Source: a virus (taxonomy: Duplodnaviria > Caudoviricetes). Taken from it: a stretch of DNA of 64,000 nucleotides. The stretch lies in IMG/VR virus record IMGVR_UViG_3300027566_000003; one strand, 5' to 3'. Position 1 is the first letter of the stretch. Each line of letters starts with the position of its first letter. The position numbers and the translations under genes are program-made. Shown in pieces: positions 60,101 through 64,000 of this stretch. Below the pieces are notes generated by a model that had not been told where the DNA came from, ran no database searches, and worked only from the letters and a program-made list of their open reading frames with translations.

Positions 60101-61096
60101 AATACTGCACAATCTGAAAGACAGGATATTCAGAATCAAATCAATGCGATACAAAATGATACATCACCAGAAGGTCGCGCTAGACTCGCCGAACTCCAGA
60201 AACAAATTGCAGAGAAGAATAGTTCAATTGAAGATATGCAACAAACTCACACCAATGATCTTCGCAAACAAAATCTTCAGGATTCTCTCGAAGCAATAAA
60301 AAAGAACCTTGAAGCAGAAAAAGAAGCTGAAAATTCTATTTACAATGCCAAAAAAGAGAGAATGGAAGCAGAGAAGCAATTAGCAGAAGATAATTATAAT
60401 GCAAGAATGGCAGATGAGACATATTGGGCAGATTTAAGAAAAGCAATTTTAGAAGGTAATATTACTGACATAAATGATGCTTTGACTAACTTTTCTGACG
60501 GATTTACTAAAGATTTAACTGAGAAGGCAAAAGAGATTGATAGTGCATTTAAGAATATTATCAGCACCATTAATGAAATTAAATCTGCTTCAAGTAGTAT
60601 TCCTCAATACGCATCAGGCACCCCCAACCATCCTGGAGGACTCGCAAAAACATCAGAAAAAGGTTCAGAATTAATAATTCCTCCAAATAGACCACCATTC
60701 CTTAGTGGCAATAATGGCCCAGAAATAATGAACTTAGAAAAAGGAACAAAAATCCTCCCCCATAACGAAACAGAAGCATTACTTAACAAATCTACCCCAT
60801 CTACATTATCATCTATTCCCTCATATGCAGATGGAGTTGGTGTTTCTGACATATTAAAAAATATTTCCCTATCATCATTACTCCAAACAATTCCATCACT
60901 TATATCATTGCCATCGTTTTCTACACCACAGTTTACTCCAAATAATACATCATCATCATCGAATATAACTATTCCTAATATGAATTTTAATGTGAATGCA
61001 ACTGATGGGAAAATACCAAATAGTGAACTTGAAAGAGCAGCTAAATATACAGTCAAATATATTGAGAAGTTACAGATCATCAGAGGAAGAAATTAA
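54115..61096 (+). CDS. Tape measure protein, split by a group I intron (exon 1 to ~55991, exon 2 from ~57295)
   Basis: TP901-type TMP core motifs in exon 1. The frame resumes NQLVALVENFDMY upstream of ATG 57329. C-terminal YASGT motif. Confidence 0.9.
55992..57294 (+). mobile_element. Group I intron (IA-like) carrying an HNH ORF; boundaries uncertain by up to 5 nt
   Basis: P AACTGCTGGAAA at 56079, Q AATCAGCAA at 57094, R GTTCAACGACTA at 57121, S GATATAGTCT at 57189, plus P7.1/P7.2 and P8 hairpins. Confidence 0.9.
56156..56980 (+). CDS. Intron-encoded HNH homing endonuclease
   Basis: CVITGERFDDIHH, IHNKFHSLYGFGNN, N-terminal W-x-x-D-D repeats. Confidence 0.88.
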   Translation: MIFIQRWTDNDIKILKSNYTFGNVNNICDLLDNKFSYSAIVSKASKLKISSRNYWSEDDIDIMKKYYPIKTPIEMLEFLPNRNIKTITMKACELNIKNIVSLNLWFTIEDIDFIKNNWKEMTDEEIGVIISRKAHAICDKRCQLGLLRQAEESSYENLSEFVRRNNAEWKKKSMQNCNYKCVITGERFDDIHHTYGLNLILNDVLLHLHIEIKGKIDDYSDDELSSILYVFREFQNKYPLGVCLKKEIHNKFHSLYGFGNNTIEQWHEFKINYE

Positions 61097-61348
61097 TTTA
61101 TTGATTATCTTCCTCTTTTCCTATTGCCAATTAACAAAATAAAAATTATTTATTAAAACTACTTAGAGAGTAGTAAAAACTATTCTAACCACTTCTTTCA
61201 TTCTTATTATTAGTAAGAAAACTGCGAAGAGATGGGTTAGGATTATGTTCTGACTCTTCTCTAAGTAGTTTTATATGTTCAAAAATAATATCGCAGTATT
61301 ATCTCGAACTTAAAATTGCTAATAAAAAAGAAAGAAGTGATAAAAATT

Positions 61349-62500
61349 ATGGAAAAGAAAAATGAATTATCAGAATTTGCAAAAGAATTTGGTTTAATGG
61401 TTAACGAAGAAGGTAATGTAGCAGTTAGTAGCAGAACAATTGCAGAAAAGTATGGTAAAGAGCATAAACATGTCTTGAGAGATATTAGGAATTTAATTGA
61501 CGATGTTCCAGAAGCACAGTCCAATTTTGGACTATGTAATTATATCAATGAAAACAATAGAGAAATGCCTGAATATTTAATTGATAGACAGGGATTTAGT
61601 ATGTTAGTATTAGGATTTAGTGGGAAAGATGCTAGAATATTTACATATAAATACACCAAAGCATTTGAAGATATGACTGAAGAATTAAAATATAGGCGCG
61701 AACAGAGCACAGAAGTAATTAAAGCTCTAAACGAAAAGGATGATAAAATTGCTCGTAAGAAAATGCTTGAATCACATTTTGGAAAACGCAAAACAGTTTC
61801 TACTTTTAAATATTGTGATTATGAACAATTTCAAGGATTAATTATATTATTTGAAGAATATATAGATACAATTAGAGATACAGAAATAAAAAGAAAAGAA
61901 TATAGTAGATTGGTTGATGGATTGACAAAAAATAGAAATGGTCTAAATCCTAACGACAAGATGTATATGCCTAAAACGACCACTTATTCCTACTATATAC
62001 ACGAATACGTTAAGAAGAAAGGTTCTAGTGAGAATAAATCATATGGTCAAAGATTAAGATATAAAGATGAGATTATTAAGGATATGGACAATAAACTATC
62101 TATATTAAATCCTTCTATTGATGAGTATATGTGTATTCCGATTCATGGAATGTCTAATAATTCTCTATATGAAACAGTAAGAAATGATTACACAGGAAAA
62201 GATATAGTGGTAAAAACATATCAATATAAAAAATGGTTAGACGAATTCCCTACTGACAAATTAATACCAAAAGAAGAATTAAATGTTGATTGGGATAAAC
62301 CTATAGTGCTATTCTATAAGTTTGATTGTAAAAAGTCTATAGATGTAAATAATTTAGAAAAATCTGCCACAGATACCATATTAACAAAATTTTACGGAGA
62401 AAATGATAATATTGTAGATAAAACAATTATTGAGCGTAATTTAGATGTTGATAATTACACAGATGGTAAAATTTATATTTGCATTAGAAATATAGACTAA
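61349..62500 (+). CDS. Rha-family regulator fused to a RusA-like C-terminal domain
   Basis: VSSRTIAEKYGKEHKHVLRDI and GFSMLVLGFSG (Rha); C-terminal DVNNLEKSATD and ENDNIV. Confidence 0.85.
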   Translation: MEKKNELSEFAKEFGLMVNEEGNVAVSSRTIAEKYGKEHKHVLRDIRNLIDDVPEAQSNFGLCNYINENNREMPEYLIDRQGFSMLVLGFSGKDARIFTYKYTKAFEDMTEELKYRREQSTEVIKALNEKDDKIARKKMLESHFGKRKTVSTFKYCDYEQFQGLIILFEEYIDTIRDTEIKRKEYSRLVDGLTKNRNGLNPNDKMYMPKTTTYSYYIHEYVKKKGSSENKSYGQRLRYKDEIIKDMDNKLSILNPSIDEYMCIPIHGMSNNSLYETVRNDYTGKDIVVKTYQYKKWLDEFPTDKLIPKEELNVDWDKPIVLFYKFDCKKSIDVNNLEKSATDTILTKFYGENDNIVDKTIIERNLDVDNYTDGKIYICIRNID

Positions 62501-62570
62501 TATATAAAATAATGCTTATTATATGATGTGTAGTTGCTGCTGTTCGGCAACTCCATTAAATTAACAGGAG

Positions 62571-63392
62571 GTGAAAAAATCAATGCCAATACTTCAATCA
62601 CTATCATTTCTATATGACAATATAAACTCACAAGATTTAGGAGTCATTAACTGTCAAGTTGGTAGCAACGGACTTTACGAGGAATTTTTTTTACCTGAGA
62701 GAGAACTTAAGGAAATAACCACAAGATATAATGATAAACCAAGTTTTATACAAATAAAAACATTACCAAGATCATTTACTTTAACATTAGCATTTAATGA
62801 AGAATTTAATGAAGACAATTTAAGAGAAATTAAACGTTTATTTAGTTCTTCTAGCTACAAATCAATGATTTTTGAATCGTTACCGGATTATGTTTATTAT
62901 TGTATTCTCGTAGATTCTACTCCATTGTCACATAATGGAATACATGGTTATGCCATTTTTAATTTCAGATGTTCTGATCCTTATGTCTACTCTTCCGTTT
63001 ATCTTGATGATGAAATAGATCTTTCCACAAACCCAATATATGGGACATCTATTATTTTTACTAATAAAGGAGACTTGCCTTGCCAACCTCAAATATCCCT
63101 TCTCAAAGTAAATGATGGAGATATTAGTATAATAAATAATTCAGATGGAGGAAAAGAATTTAAATTATCAACTATATTAGATTCTGATGGTAATACATTA
63201 TTTGAATCATTAAAAGATGGAGAAGATTTATTTATAGATAATGAACAAGAAGAGATTACCTCCTCACTTCCAAATACATATCGTATAAACAATTTAACTG
63301 GTGATTTTCTTAGTTTAAATAGGGGTGTAAATAACTTAGTTATCAAAGGCACATGTAAAATACAATTTAGATATCAGTTTAAATTATATTAA
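62571..63392 (+). CDS. Distal tail protein (Dit)
   Basis: Follows the TMP gene; FRCSDPYVYS, NKGDLPCQP and LNRGVNNL motifs. Confidence 0.85.
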   Translation: MKKSMPILQSLSFLYDNINSQDLGVINCQVGSNGLYEEFFLPERELKEITTRYNDKPSFIQIKTLPRSFTLTLAFNEEFNEDNLREIKRLFSSSSYKSMIFESLPDYVYYCILVDSTPLSHNGIHGYAIFNFRCSDPYVYSSVYLDDEIDLSTNPIYGTSIIFTNKGDLPCQPQISLLKVNDGDISIINNSDGGKEFKLSTILDSDGNTLFESLKDGEDLFIDNEQEEITSSLPNTYRINNLTGDFLSLNRGVNNLVIKGTCKIQFRYQFKLY

Positions 63393-63460
63393 ACTATATT
63401 AAAAAATAAATAATAAATAAATAATAAATAAATAAAATCATATTAAGGATGTGAATTAAT

Positions 63461-64000
63461 TTGTTCATAGATATAGATTTATCAAAAACTCCACAGAAAC
63501 CAAAACTCTATCTTTGTAAACCAAATAAAACAATTATAGCATCATTAAAAGAATATTTTGGAGCGACTTTAAAATTATCACTAACAACATTAAATGAATT
63601 GGTTTTTAAATTACCTTATCAGCTAGAAATTGATCATCAATTACAATATAATACTCATTGTGAAATATTAAAAAATAGATACTTAATTAAATTAGTTTTG
63701 GGTTCTGTAATTTCATATTATGTCATAGACAATCCTGCTCCGAGTGCTGACGATGATGCTGATTTTTTAGAGGTAAATTGTTACTCTCTTGAATATGAAC
63801 TTAAAAATAAAAATTTAAGAAGTTACAAAGTTGATGGAGTATTATTGCCAGAAATCATGAATGGATTTTCAAGGGATATAACCACTATTGACCCCAACAC
63901 AGGATTATCAACTACAACTACAGAAAATACAGAAGGAATTCTAAAGGACACCTCATGGACACTTGGAACATATTCAGAAATTTTAAATTCTACATATAGG
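63461..64000 (+). CDS. Tail hub/spike (Tal-like) protein, truncated by window end
   Basis: TTG start after AAGGATGTG; open to the edge (MFIDIDLSKTPQKPKLYLCKPNKTII and VNCYSLEYEL); absent from the supplied track. Confidence 0.75.
   Translation, partial: MFIDIDLSKTPQKPKLYLCKPNKTIIASLKEYFGATLKLSLTTLNELVFKLPYQLEIDHQLQYNTHCEILKNRYLIKLVLGSVISYYVIDNPAPSADDDADFLEVNCYSLEYELKNKNLRSYKVDGVLLPEIMNGFSRDITTIDPNTGLSTTTTENTEGILKDTSWTLGTYSEILNSTYR

Noticed and set aside
1087-61791. Many short antisense or overlapping ORFs in the six-frame track (e.g. 1087-1398, 18024-18347, 40813-41124, 60604-61080)
   Set aside because: They are shadows of well-supported genes on the other strand or frame, with no RBS or recognisable motifs.
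63393-63437. AATAAAT repeats after Dit
   Set aside because: Low-complexity AT-rich spacer, like many others in this genome.

Overview
An AT-rich segment of a large Bacillota (Firmicutes) siphovirus or prophage with SPbeta/c-st-like gene order. From left to right: PIN-PhoH, HU, tRNA-Thr(UGU), a YonK-like gene, an unknown protein followed by a structured ncRNA candidate, a metallophosphoesterase and ClpP. These are followed by the head module (terminase, portal, protease/scaffold, capsid), head-tail and major tail genes, a cluster of fibre/receptor-binding-like genes, RuvC, a tyrosine recombinase, an SF2-helicase-like protein with a candidate origin, a divergent regulatory switch, two tnpB elements, VapD, a tape measure gene split by a group I intron, Rha, Dit and the start of a tail hub gene. 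The window carries seven putative homing endonuclease genes (HEGs), three of them broken by homopolymer frameshifts. The most striking unexplained signal is a family of about 9 leader RNA structures directly upstream of HEG, antirepressor and helicase genes. Most share a closing stem, a hairpin with a self-complementary loop, and a second loop that forms a covarying pseudoknot with the sequence next to the ribosome-binding site. The second is a ~350-nt closed RNA with a pseudoknot and a heptamer-repeat core behind gene 2388-3029. All pairings and base counts were done by eye, and family names come from motif recognition, not database searches.
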